Part shown: piece after piece, positions 50,546-62,790 of the stretch
How the letters are laid out: every line of letters starts with the position of its first letter
How positions within the stretch are numbered: position 1 is the stretch's first letter
Source: Carcharhinus amblyrhynchos
Taxonomy: Eukaryota
Direction: 5' to 3'
NCBI GenBank assembly: GCA_965287045.1
Contig: OZ336871.1
Coordinates: 90,272,001 to 90,336,000, forward strand
Length of the DNA: 64,000 nucleotides
Program-made: the position numbers and the translations under genes
The notes under the pieces: model-generated
What the model saw: only the letters and a program-made list of their open reading frames with translations
Told to the model about the DNA's origin: nothing
Database searches by the model: none

Positions 50546-50739
50546 ACTGGGAATACTGGCCAGCCAGCGATATCTATGTCCGACGATTGAATACCAATTA
50601 TTACAAAATTCCTGTCATCGCATAACGTTCCTTGTACTACTTACAACTTTATAGATTTGCCTCAGTATTCACATTAGGGTGCATAGTTGAGATTCACACA
50701 GCAGGGAATAAATTCACTTTATGAAAATATTTGATGGAA

Positions 50740-50950
50740 TAGAGGGAGGAGAGAAGAAATAATAAGTGATTTAACATCTTTGAAATTAGGGGAAATCACC
50801 AGATCCAAATGAAATATATCCCAGGCTGCAAAGAAAAGACAAAAGGAAATAATGAAGGTTCTGACCATCATTTTCCCGTCCTCACTAGCTCTAGACATGA
50901 TGCAGGAGGGCTGGAGGATTCTTAACTGTATAGTGATTGAGTACATTATT
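50740..50950 (+). mobile_element. CR1 ORF2 fragment
   Basis: LKLGEITRSK*NISQAAK/KSPDPNEIY-like region followed by SLALDMMQEGWRI. Confidence 0.65.
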
Positions 50951-51925
50951 GGCCCAGAAATTCCAGATACCAAATAGCCAGAGACACCCTGGGAATTACT
51001 GGATAAATTGCATTTTCCAATGGGCAATCCCCTGCTCCCCAAGATCCCCCGAAAATATCTTCAAATCTGATTTAGAGTCATAGAAGTTGCAAGGTTCTAA
51101 CCTCCTTACTTGGATAGTTACCCAGGAAATATTAGAGAGAAATAAACCATATCTAATTCCAAAATAAGTGTACAACTGATGCCTCCCCCCCTCCAATTCC
51201 TCACTGAATGCATCAACCTGCTGACCCTCCAACACACTTGACTGCCCTCAATTCTGCCCCAGCCCTCTGGCACCTGACTGACCCTCAAACCTACCCTGAC
51301 CCTCCAACTCCCCCAACCCTCTGACCACCTTGATTCTCCAACTCTGTCTTTGAACCTCCAAACACTCAAAGCCTCAGACCACCCTTGAACATTAATGCCC
51401 CACCCTTCTGATCCTGACCCGTTAATGCCCTCTGACCCATTTTGGCCCAATCTTACCATCTTACCCACCTTGCCATCCTATCCAGGAGGTACCCTGCTCA
51501 CCTCGTCAACTTCCATCCTGCCACCTACCATTGTACAACCCTACCACCACAAGTCTGCCACCCTGCTCATCCTGTTAACCTTCCCAGTTGGCACTCTACA
51601 CATCTTGCCACCTACCACTTGGCACAACATTGAGGGCCGAAGGGCCTGTACTGTGCTGTACTGTTCTATATGTACTTAAGCTATTCAAATATCCCAAAGC
51701 TTTTCAATGTCTTACTGAATGAAGACTTACCAAAATAGGACAGCTAGTGCAGTAAAAAGCTGACATGTCTCAGTTTCCCCTGACAATCCTCTACTGCAAA
51801 GAAAGACTCTGTGAACAGGCATGTTCCGCATTCCTGAAGAGGCCTGGGCCAGAAATATGGGGCCCATCTTAGTACAAAAAACTCAGAACAAAGTGATGAT
51901 TTCCACTCCTTAGAAGATTTGGCCC
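50951..51925. mobile_element. Non-autonomous TIR element (Harbinger-like) with C-rich core
   Basis: Ends GGCCCAGAAATT / AGATTTGGCCC form an imperfect inverted repeat flanked by att/aat; CR1-like sequence resumes ('tgttcaagagg'); pyrimidine-rich repeats at 51190-51610. Confidence 0.55.
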
Positions 51926-53039
51926 AATATGTTCAAGAGGTAGGGATTAACTGCAAATTCACTACTGCTCCTTTATATACAAGGAACTGCAAGTGTGAGA
52001 TTGAATTGGGAGATGCATGTTTGCAAAGTGTATCCCTGTAAATAATAGTTTACAGCACACTAAATTAGTTTCCAGTTCTATCCTTCACCACCTGGCCCTT
52101 TGTGTTTGAACAATAATGTTTAGAAAGCGAGAAAGGGATAGATTGAATAATTACAGCCTACTCAGCTTAATCTCAGTGGTGGATATATCATTGCAAAAAA
52201 TTCTGAATGTCAGTGTAAGGGGATTTCTCAGGGCATCCCACTGCGGAGTCTTGTATTCAGCTGAATCCAGCTAACACAAAGACTTTGCAAAAGAGAGTGT
52301 GCAATTAAAGACATTCTTTATTTGACCAACATGTATAGGGATAGAAATGGTTAGAGGATTCTAACTTCGCTCTGATGTTATATTACATGATCACAACAGA
52401 TACACATTTCTGAAGATTTGGCCCTCCCGCCCAACCTGTCATCCAAGTTAGATGGTCCAATTGCATTAATATACTTTTTTACTTTGGCCAATATCATTCT
52501 ACCTTCTAGCAGAATTAGGAATTCATTGGACAACCAACCCCATAGATTCTTCCTGCCGTTGCCTAGTAACCTTGTCTACGCAAATCCAGTAGGTTCAATG
52601 GTCGCCCCTAATGCTTGCAGTCCTTGGACAAGAAGGGAGTCATCTTTTCTGGTCTGTTTTCTGTCCCTTTATGAGTGGAGGCTGAACATGTCTATTCTTT
52701 GCAACTAGAAGCTGAATCCTTCTGTTTATCTCATAAACCTTGGTTACTTGTAACTGCTTGGCCTGTCCCTGATAATGGGGTGTATGGTCTATGCTTCATT
52801 GTTCCAAAAGAATGTGGTCTAGCTAATTAAACTTATTTCCCATTATGCCAAGGGGTAAATTGTTGGCCAAAGCTCACAAGAAAATATAAAAATACAGTTT
52901 AAATATATATTTGTTCAAAATTGATTATATATGTGATTATACAGACAATATCTTTGTATAGTATATACGTGAGGTACATTGTGATATTGTTGATATATAT
53001 AAGGCACACTGTAGTCTCTACTTTAAACTAATTGACTTT

Positions 53040-54200
53040 GTTTTAATAGTCTCAGAAAGTAGGTTTCAATATCCCCTAGTACAGTCAGCATAAATCATCA
53101 TTTAGAAAGAGAGGAATTAATCAAGGATCGTCAGTATAGATTTGTTAAGGGAATGCCATGTTTAACTAATTTGATTGCATTTTTGAGGAGCTAACAAGTA
53201 GGGTCAATTTGGTTGATGTAGTATATATAGACTTTAGCAGGGCCTTTGACAAGGTCCTGCATGGCAGGTTGGTTAGAAAAATAAATGCCCATCAGGCCCA
53301 AGGGAAAGTGACAGGTTGAATCCAAATGTTGGCTGAGTGGCAGGAAGATAAGGGTAATAGTCAACAGGAGTTCTGGTGATGGCAAGGCTGCTTCCAGTGG
53401 GGTTTCACAGGACCCAGTGCTGGGTTGTTTGGATTTTCCTTGTATGATTTGGAGTTAAACATAGGGAACATGATTAAAAAGATTGTAGATGACACAAGAA
53501 TTGGTTGATACTGAGGAAGAAAGCGAAAGGCTGCAGGAAGATACTAGTAGGTTGGCCAACTGGGCAGAAAATAGCAAATGGAATTCAAATTGGAGAAAAG
53601 TAAAGCACTTGGGGAGAGAAAACAAAGCAAGGAAATACACAATAAAAGTTCAAATCTGAAAAGTATAGACCACTGATAGGCAACCTAGGCTAGTGAGTGG
53701 ATGCAGAAGGAATGCACAGATCTCACAGTCAATGTCATGCATAATTAGCATACACTGGACTTTGATTGCGCTTACTGTGCATGTTTATCACTTTGGTCAT
53801 ACCAGTAGGAAAAAGCCTATGTGGACGGAAACCAGTGGAATATGGCAACTCTGTGCATGGACAACGGTCAACAAAATGGGCTGCACTCAGAACCCTGATG
53901 GGCCGCTTGTGTCCCCTGGGCTGCAGGTTGCCCATCATTAGTGTAGAGGAACAGAGGGATCTTGATGTGTATGACCACACATTATTGAATGTAGAGAAGA
54001 TGGCTAAGGAGACATACGGATTACTTTCCTTTTTCAGCCAAGGAATAGATTGGAAGAGCAGGGAGGTTATGCCAGAACCAAATAAATAATTAGGAAGGCA
54101 GCATTAGTGTACTGCATATGACGGTTGGAGTATTACAGAATTGATGTGATCACACTAAGCAGAATCTAGAGGAGATTTATGCGGATGTTGCCAGACATAA
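53040..54200 (+). mobile_element. CR1 LINE RT region, interrupted by a hAT MITE
   Basis: PCLTNLIAF, DFSRAFDKVLHGRL, GVSQDPVLG and EEQRDLDV motifs. Confidence 0.88.
53671..53940. mobile_element. hAT (Charlie-type) MITE, 270 bp
   Basis: 15-bp imperfect TIRs CACTGATAGGCAACC / GGTTGCCCATCATTA; 8-bp TSD gtatagac / gtgtagag (6/8); the host CR1 resumes exactly. Confidence 0.82.
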
Positions 54201-54204
54201 ATTG

Positions 54205-54688
54205 CAAAAAGGAAGATCTTGTTTGACTAATCACATTGAATTATTTGAAGTCACAACAGACAATGCAGACAAGCTTTATGAAGTAGGTATAATTTATCAT
54301 GATTTTTAAACTTTCAAAATTTTCAATGAAGCGCCACATAATGAAGTAATAAATAAAGGCACTACTTGCAGAGCTGGGGGGAGGGGGGTTGTGGTAAGGA
54401 GTAGAATGGGTAACCAGATGGCTGTAAAACAGATAGCAGAGAATGGGGATAAAAATTGACTGAAGGTGAAATACACTGCTGCACAGTGGAGTCAATGATG
54501 GGACCACATTCTTCACAGTTTATATTAATAATTTAGACTTTGGAATCAAAAATAATTTTCTAAATTTGCAAATGATATCAAATTGGGAGCGGCAGGTGAG
54601 GGTTAGACAGTCCTGTGGAGAAATGCAACAAATTACAAGACTTTAATAAACTTGCAGAATGGACATAAATTGACAAATGAGTTTCAAA
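54205..54688 (+). mobile_element. Old CR1, 5' part of a split element
   Basis: RSCLTNHIELFE, SKFANDIKLG and *QMSF motifs; continues at ~57605. Confidence 0.75.
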
Positions 54689-54900
54689 GGAACTTAAAAC
54701 TTAGAAGCCGAAGTAGGCCATTTGACCCTTTGAGCCTGCTCTGTGATTCAATAAGATCATGGCCAATCTGGTTGTAGTTTCCACTTTACTTTCCTGTCTA
54801 TGCCTTTTAACATTTGATTCCCTTGTCTTCCAAAAATCTAAATCAGTCTTGAATAAAATCAATGACCCAACTTCCGCTGCTTTCTGAGAAAGAGAATTCC

Positions 54901-56415
54901 TATGCCGGGAGCCTCGAGTGAACCTGTATCTGAGGTCACAACTGCAGATGTCGGAGCAGCTTTTTCAAAGGTCAACCCATGGAAAGTGACCGGCCTGGGT
55001 GCGATACCGGGATGAGCACTTAGATCCTATATGGACCAGCTGGCAGGGGTAGTCGCAGACGTCTCCAAACTCTCTCCTTTCTTTACAACAATTTGATGTC
55101 CCTATGTGCTTTAAGGAGACAACCAAAGAAAAGTCAAGCCTTAATGACTATCATCTGGTGGCTCTGACAGCCATCATTATGAAGTTCTTTGAAAGGTTAG
55201 TCATGGCACGAATCAATTCCGGCCTCCCAGATTGCCTGGATCCACTATAGTCCGCCAACTACTGCAACAGGTTCACAGAAGACACCATTTTCCTGGCCCT
55301 GCACTCAACTCTGGAACACCTAGATAACAAAGATACCTCTGTCAGGCTCCTATTTATGGACCACAGCTCAGCCTTGATCACTATTATTCCTACGAAACTT
55401 GTATCCAAGCTCCATGGCCTGGGGCACGACTCCTCCCTCCGCGACTGGAATCTAGACTTCCTAACCCACAAACTGCAATCAGTAAAGATAGGCACAACAC
55501 TTCCTCCATGATCATCCTCTATACTGGTGCCCCACAAAGTTGTGTTCTCAGCCCCCTACTATACTCCTTATGTACTTATGACTGTGTGGCCAAATTCGTC
55601 TCTAATTCAATTTTCAAGTTTGCTGATGGCATCACTGTAGTGGGTCGGATCTCAAACAATGACGAGACAGAGTACAGGAAAGAAATAGAGAATCCGGTGA
55701 ACTGGTACAATGATAATAATCTCTCCCTCAATGTCAATGAAACAAAGGAGATAGTCATTGACTTCAGGAAGCCTAGTGGAGGATAAGCCCCTGTCTTCAT
55801 CAATGGAGACGAAGTAGAAATTGTCGAGAACTTCAAATTAACCTGTCTGGCCCCTCCATGAAAATGCTATAGTTAAGAAGCCCACCAATGCCTCAACATT
55901 CTCAGAAGACTCTCACCAACTATTACAGATGCATCATAGAAAGCATTCTTTCTGGTTGTATCACAGCATGGTATGGCTCCTGCTCTGTCTAAGACCACAA
56001 GAAACTACAAAGAGTCGTGAACGAAGCCCAGTCCATCATTCAAATCACCCATTGACACTGCCTACACTTCCCATTGCCTCAGAAAAGCAGCCAGCATAAT
56101 TAAGGACCTCACGCACACTGGACATTCTCTCTTCCACCTTCTTCATCAGGAAAAAGGTATAAAAGTTTGAGAACATGTGCCAACCAACTCAAGAACACCT
56201 TCTTCCCTGCTGCCATCAGACTTTTGAATGGACCTCCTCACTTTAAGTTGATATTTCTCTACACCCTAGCTATGACTGTAACATTATATTCTGCACACTC
56301 TCCTTTCCTTCTCTATGAATGGTATGCTTTGTTAGTATAGTGAGCAAGAAACAATAGTTTTCACTGTTTACTAATACATGTGACAATAATAAATTAAATC
56401 AAATCAAATTAAATT
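54901..56415 (+). mobile_element. Rex1/Babar LINE, 5'-truncated, with 7-bp TSD
   Basis: LNDYHLVALTAIIMKFFERLV and TGAPQSCVLSPLLYSLCTYDC...KFADGITVVGRISNNDETEYR; (AAATC)n tail; TSD GAATTCC at 54894-54900 and 56416-56422. Confidence 0.93.
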
Positions 56416-56548
56416 GAATTCCATAGATTAACAAACCTTTGAAGGAAATAAAATTCTCCTAACCTCTTATTTTTAAATAGTGTCCCTTGTTCAAGTTTCT
56501 TCCACAGGAGGATACATCTTGTATCAAGCCCGCTGAGAATATTGTACG

Positions 56549-56804
56549 TGTTTTGAGACTCTGTCCTTCTATCCTGGACTTGTGGCATAAGCTTTGTTCT
56601 TAGACAGATTGTAGTCATCGCCTGGTATCTGTTTAACACTTGCTTATTAGTATTACACCTAACAGATTACAGAGTTGGCACATTGCTCTAAGGCATGACT
56701 CCAAACTCTTTCTTGAGAGCCTAGCACATGACTGACTGATGTCAGTGGTACGTTATCTCCTATGTCACACATTATCATAGCCCATCTATTAACCTTTTAT
56801 AACA
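56549..56804 (-). mobile_element. Probable solo LTR (256 bp) inside CR1
   Basis: TGTT...AACA termini; CR1 sequence is colinear on both sides; TSD not clean. Confidence 0.65.
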
Positions 56805-57604
56805 CACTATGTTTCAGTAAGATCATCTCATTCTTCAAAACAGCAAATGAGTATAGGCAGAACCTGCTCAACCTTTCTTGATTAGAAAAAATGCTGATCC
56901 TAAGATATCTTTTTTCAAATGAGACCAAAACTATACACAGTACTCCAGATATGGCCTCACCAAGGTCCCATACAGTTGTAAAACTTCTCTAGTTTTACAA
57001 CCTATTCTCTTTGGAATAAACACCAACATTCATTCCATCGGCTATCCTAATCACTCACTATACCAGCACGCTAACATATTGAGATTCATATAACAGCACA
57101 CCCAGATCCCTCTGTATTGCTGAGTTCTGCAGTCTCTTTCCATTTCAATAGTGTACTGTTTTTCCATTTTGGCAGCCAAAGTGGACAAGTTCAGATTTTC
57201 CCACATTATATTCCATTTGCTAAAACTTCTGCTCCCTCACTTAACCTATCTTTACCCCTTTGCAGATTGTCTACCTCCTCATGACAACTTACATTTTAAC
57301 CTATCGTTGTTTCATTGGCAAATCTAACCACCATACCTTTGTTCCCTTCATTCAAATTATTAATGTAAATTGTACCTTGTTGAGGCCTCAGCATCCCTTT
57401 GTCACTTCACTAGTTGCAGACTGCCAACCAGAAAATGACCCATTATCCTCCTTTTTACTTCCTGTTAGCTAGCTAAATCTTCAGCTGTGCCGATATGTTA
57501 CATCCAACACCATGTGCTCTTATATTAAGTATATTAATTTATAATTAATTGAATCCTGCTTCTGCTAATAAGCTTTACTATTACTAGTAAACCTTATACT
57601 AATA

Positions 57605-57993
57605 ACGCAAAGTGTGGAGGTACAGCATTAAAATAAGAGGCCTCTTATTACTTTGGAAATAAAAATGTACATAGCGTTAAAAAGCAAAGAGATCTGGGAG
57701 TACAAATACACAAATCACTAAAAGTAGCAACATAAGCTAATAAGGCCGTCAGAAAAAGCACTAGGGTTTGTTTTTCAGAGGGACAGAATTGAAAAGTAGA
57801 GGAGATATGCTGATGTTTTGAACCTTGGTTAGATGGAATACCATGTACACTTCTGGTTGGCATATTAAAAATTGGTGTTGGGCCACAGGAGGCCATTACA
57901 AAGATAAAATGCAAGGGGCTGGATTTTATAGCTCCTTCGAAGGGCTAGATGGCCTACTCCTGCTCCTATTTCTTATGTTCTTATGTTCTTATG
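57605..57993 (+). mobile_element. Old CR1, 3' part of the split element
   Basis: KQRDLGVQIHKSLKVA motif; (TTCTTATG)n tail. Confidence 0.8.
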
Positions 57994-58864
57994 CTGTCGT
58001 ATTTGAAGGTGGTGGTTTGAATAATGCAACGTGTGGACTTCCCATGGGAGAAGCATCAGGCAGCCCACCTATCCTTGGGAATATTGAAATCCTTAAGTAA
58101 CTAAAGGCCTGATTGTGTCTTCACCACTATTTCACCCACATCAAGAGAAAACCTAGGCCAAGCAGGCAGTTTGGTAGCTTTGACTGTGTGAACTGGTGTC
58201 TAGCAAGAAAGTGGGCATCTCCTTCAGAAATCTCTGTGCTCATTAAAGTTATATCACCTCCCACAACATCATCCTCCCAACTCCACCTGGCCCAATCGTC
58301 CCCCTCACAGCCCTGACCTTGTAGACCTCATGCCCTTTGTCACACACATCCCTCACTGGGGCCTGCTAGCTAGGTCTCACTGATATCCTGAACTTAACTG
58401 GCAGTCTGGGTTCCGCAAGTCCTTTTTTGGGACTGCCTGTATTAGCAATTGCCGCTGTTCCACCTGGTACTGCTGAGACAACAGAACTGCCACCAGTCAG
58501 ATTGGCCAGGAGTTTTCTGAGGTGGGACTTCCTCTACAGATGATGCTGCAAGTTTCACCTTAAAACAATTCACACGCTGCCAAACTTAAAATGGCTGTGG
58601 GGCAGCCACTTTTTGTGGAGGGGCTTATGATTGACTTTTCGGTCAGAGCAGGCAGTGGAGAATACTTCATCCCATAAGATCCAGCCTGAGGTTTTCCCTC
58701 TCAGGAAAGAGTGAACAGATTGCTTCTCTTTTCTTATGAAAACTGAAGGCTGAGATGCGACCGAATAGGATCTTTAAAACTAGGAAACGTTTTGAAAGAC
58801 TTTGATGCATCGAGTGGCTCCCATCATGGGGAAGAAGGAAACTAGAGATCAAAATCTAAAGAAA

Positions 58865-59390
58865 TCTAAAATATTCACCAAGAAATCAAATCAGGAATTC
58901 AGAAGAAATTCCTTGACCTAAAATAATGAAAATGTGGAACTTGAGACCACAGGGTGTGGTTAGAGTGAATAGTATAAATCTATTTAAGGGGATGTTAAAT
59001 AAGCATTTGAAGGGGAAGGGAAAAAGAAGTTTATTTATTAGTCACAAATAAGGCTTACGTTGACACTGCAATGAAGTTACTGTGAAATTCCCCTTGTCAC
59101 CACACTCTGGCGCCTGTTCGGGTCAATACATATAGCCAGCATGTCTTTCAGGATGTGGGAAGAAACTGGGGCACATGGAGGAAACCCACACAGACACAAG
59201 GAGAACATGCAAACTCCACACAGTGACCCAAGCTAGGAATTGAACCTGGGTCCCTGGCACTGTGAAGCAGCAGTGCTAACCATTGATAGTGTTAGATGAG
59301 GAAGGATGGAAGGATGCTCAGGAGGAGCAAAGATGTTAGCAAGAACTGGTTGGGCTGAATAGCCTGCTTCTTGCTGTATAATTTATGTCA
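58865..59390 (+). mobile_element. CR1 3' end interrupted by a SINE
   Basis: 'aggaattcagaagaaattccttgacc...aatgtggaac' and 'gttgggctgaatagcctgcttc' flank the SINE. Confidence 0.75.
59027..59285 (-). mobile_element. HE1-headed SINE, class B tail
   Basis: 'aagtttatttattagtcacaaataaggcttacgttgacactgcaatgaagttactgtgaaattc' plus V-domain. Confidence 0.9.
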
Positions 59391-62300
59391 CCCTGTGACC
59401 ATCATCTATCATGCAAACTAATAGTGCACCTATGTTTTCACTTGCCAAAGTTGATATCTGACATATTTTACATTCTCACCTTGCATTAAACGGTTAATCA
59501 AGTCTTGATATACCCATCTTCACATGTCCAAGTGAGTCCACGAGCTATCAGCAATTCTGAATAGGTTATATGCACAATTGCTTAAAATAAGCACAGGCTC
59601 TAGCACAAAGTCAATATACTTAAGCAATGTCCGCTGACAGTATTCACACACCCATATCTTCTAATTGTGGTTAAGTTGTCTCTCTTGACCATGTACTGAA
59701 CTAATTAGACTGCCAAGCTAGGCCACCAGTGGAATGGTTGCAGGGGTGGGGTTATGTTAGCAGGGTGTTTCAGGGCTGGGTGCAGTAATTCCTCATGCTG
59801 AGATTTTGGGGCTCTAAAGGGACCCGATGCATGATCAGGGTAGGAAAGCTCAGCAAAGTCAGACATATCTCATTGACGACCAACAGTCAAAGTGCTTGGA
59901 TACAATTTTGGCCTCGAACAACACCCTCCCCACCTACTCACCAATATCTGTCAATTTGCATCCTCTTTCACAACCTCAACCCCCCCCACCACACTTCTCC
60001 TCCCATCACCCCCGCCTCCTGCTCCCATAGCCCTTACTCCCCCACCACCCCTCTATCTTCTAGTGCATCCTGTTACAACACTAGGCTGGTCTCTTCTTTT
60101 GGACTTTAGCTAGGCCAGCAACGACAGAGCCTGTGGAGGTATATCATTCCATTTGGGATGCTGGAAAACGCCTCACCCTTACCACCGGTGGATTATTGCA
60201 CTCTGACGTTAAATGAAAGTAAATGAAAGATTGTGCTAAGATGTTTGTTTGGAGAATTGGCTTAATGGACCAAATGGACACCTTCTGCTCCATAAGGATT
60301 CTATGGTTCCTGGTTTGATAGATCTGACCACAGCTTTATTCTTCCACTCATTTATCCCAGATCAGCATAAAAATGAACAGAAAGTCTCTGTCACTCTTTA
60401 AATGACTTGATGAAATTGATATAAACATTGGTAGCAAAGTACAGGAAAATCTATAAGCGTAATACTAAACGCTAGTAATCTACGCATGAAGTATATTGGA
60501 CATTAACACAAACTGATCCAATACCAATTGAAAGCACCAAGGTTATGAGGGCTTGTAATCAGTTAGCTAATGAACTTACATGCCCTGAAACAATGTCAGC
60601 TTTTCAAATTTTGAAATGGCTTTCTGGAAACATGGTCCAATGTGGGTACTAGAGGTATAGTACAGGAGATCCTGCAAGGGATTCTAGTTCTTTGTGAAAG
60701 AGAAGGACACTTGACAGTGGAGACTTACCATTTCTTTCACTTGCACAAACTGATGCTGTAAAATGCAGTCCCGTTGTGATGGTCGTACGTAGGGTGCTGG
60801 GGCTGTAAGCATTGATATCACCTACAACCCTGAAATATGTGCATGGAGCAATGTATAGGTCTCAATGATCAACAAGGCTAAATGACTGTGCTAAGAAATG
60901 TATTATAGCCCTATATCATTAGTGAAATTGAAGTTCCAGCTTTGATTTTAGTAATATTGCACATCGGGTATTTGCCTCCAAGTATTATTGATTTCATTTG
61001 GTAAAACTGCAAGATGTCTCACATTTTAGAGAATATGATACCTGGCAGAAGCCTGTGATGCATATCTCTTGACATATCAGATTACTAATGTTTTGGTTAT
61101 AGCAGTGTTGTTCTTCAAATGCTTTATTATTCTCTCACAAAAGGAACAAATTCAATCTTGTCCGATACTGGCCAATGTCAACAAACATATTCTGGCTGAA
61201 CATCAAACTGAGATCAGTATGACAGGAAAAAAATGACTTTATAGTGAAAGTGTTAAATGATATTGCAGTAAAGCATTTTTCTATTGAAATTAAACTCTGC
61301 CCTATTATCAGAGAAACATTTAACACGCTGATATGAAATTTCATGTTGCTATTTTGATCGAGGCGTAAATCCATTTATTTAAAACACTAAGGATCAATTT
61401 AACAAAGTCATGCTCCCAGCGGCATTCTAAGAGATTGAAAACAGTAAAGGCCACCTGTCTGAATTCCTGTTTGCACTATTTAGGAGTGAAGGTCTGCATC
61501 GGGAGTGTGATTTTGTAGTGTCATTCCTTACATGTTCATGTGATAATATCGCGCTGCATAATTTCACAGCCTTTTAATGCTGCATCTTTGACTCCAAACG
61601 TTTCCACTATACAAGGGATCCAGGCTGCCTGGCAAACATGATAAGCAGCTTAAATCTGTGGCGTAAAAATCCATGTAAACATTTTTCAAAAAAAAGGCTT
61701 TATAGTTACTTCAACTTATTTTCTTTAGAGATTTTATGGATCATTTTAGGAGCTTGTGTTGCTGATGGGAAGCTTTGACCACCTGTAGCTGATAGTTGAA
61801 ATTCTGGTGCAAATTTTGGCCATTCTTGGTCACAAAACTTTAAGCAGCGGTGGCCCAGATCATCAAGAAGGGGTCAAGGCTCGTCATTAACAATACAGAA
61901 TCCGACCCCTCGTTGTCATTCCCAGCATTCCCAGATGTGGCACATATCTGACACCAGAGTACAGCAGGATATCAATTTAATGGTTTATTTTCTTAATTCA
62001 TTTTGAAGAAAATTTGACAATTTGCAATTGTGCTAAGAGTAGGAGAAAGGGAAACAGTTGTTGACCACCCAGGACGTTATTTTTTATGGATCTCTAGTCA
62101 AAGGTTTTCCGGGATTAATTTCTATGACTTGTCTTCCTGACCTACTTAACTAATTCCTACCATTGGCTTCCCTCACCAAAATGATGGTGGCTCCAATCAA
62201 AGGAGTAAAACTGAAACAGATGGTGGAAAATAAATATTATCTTTTGATCATTTTCAACAAAGCGATTAATAAGCTTAAGATTTACTGCGATAAGAGATTT

Positions 62301-62574
62301 TTGTAGAAAATATCACAATCAAAGACATGATTAAGTATTTTGCGGATCACAGAATAAAAATACTCGACTTCTTTTCATTTATGATAATATTCTAGGGCAG
62401 AGCTTCCCACACTCGGAGCATGCATCAAGAACTTAGGTGCCAAACTCTGATAGTACCAAACACAGACAATCCTCTCCATTAAAATGATTGATCAGAATAT
62501 CGTGTGAGGTGCATGATATGCATTCTCAATGTGTAAAAGACTGCTAAACTGACTCCACTAACCCGCTCATGTGG

Positions 62575-62790
62575 CTCGCGTGGCAAACTTTGAAGAAAAT
62601 GAAAAGGATTCTCCAAGTGTCCTGGGCAACATTTATCCCTCAAGGAATGCTATTAAAAATAGATGAACTGATCACTTATCTAATCACAGTACATGAGACC
62701 TTTGCTGTTTGCAGTTGTTCTCTTAGCTTTGATTGCATAGCTGATTAAGAAACATTTTGGGATGTCTTGAGGATGTGGAAGGAACTATAG
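62575..62790 (+). mobile_element. DeuSINE-like relic (Deu domain)
   Basis: 'tttgaagaaaatgaaaaggattctccaagtgtcctgggcaacatttatccctcaa...ttttgggatgtcttgagg' matches the recalled Deu-domain consensus. Confidence 0.65.

Larger units (their letters stand above)
54690..57530 (-). mobile_element. CR1 LINE (3' end to RT), split by Rex1 and a solo LTR
   Basis: Tail at 54690-54900; resumes at 56416 (RFVNLWNS motif) and again at ~56810-57530 (LGPW*GHIWSTVYSFG, YNVGKSELVHFG region). Confidence 0.85.

Noticed and set aside
61144-61236. Possible exon EQIQSCPILANVNKHILAEHQTEISMTGKK*
   Set aside because: Weak acceptor, early stop and no supporting similarity.
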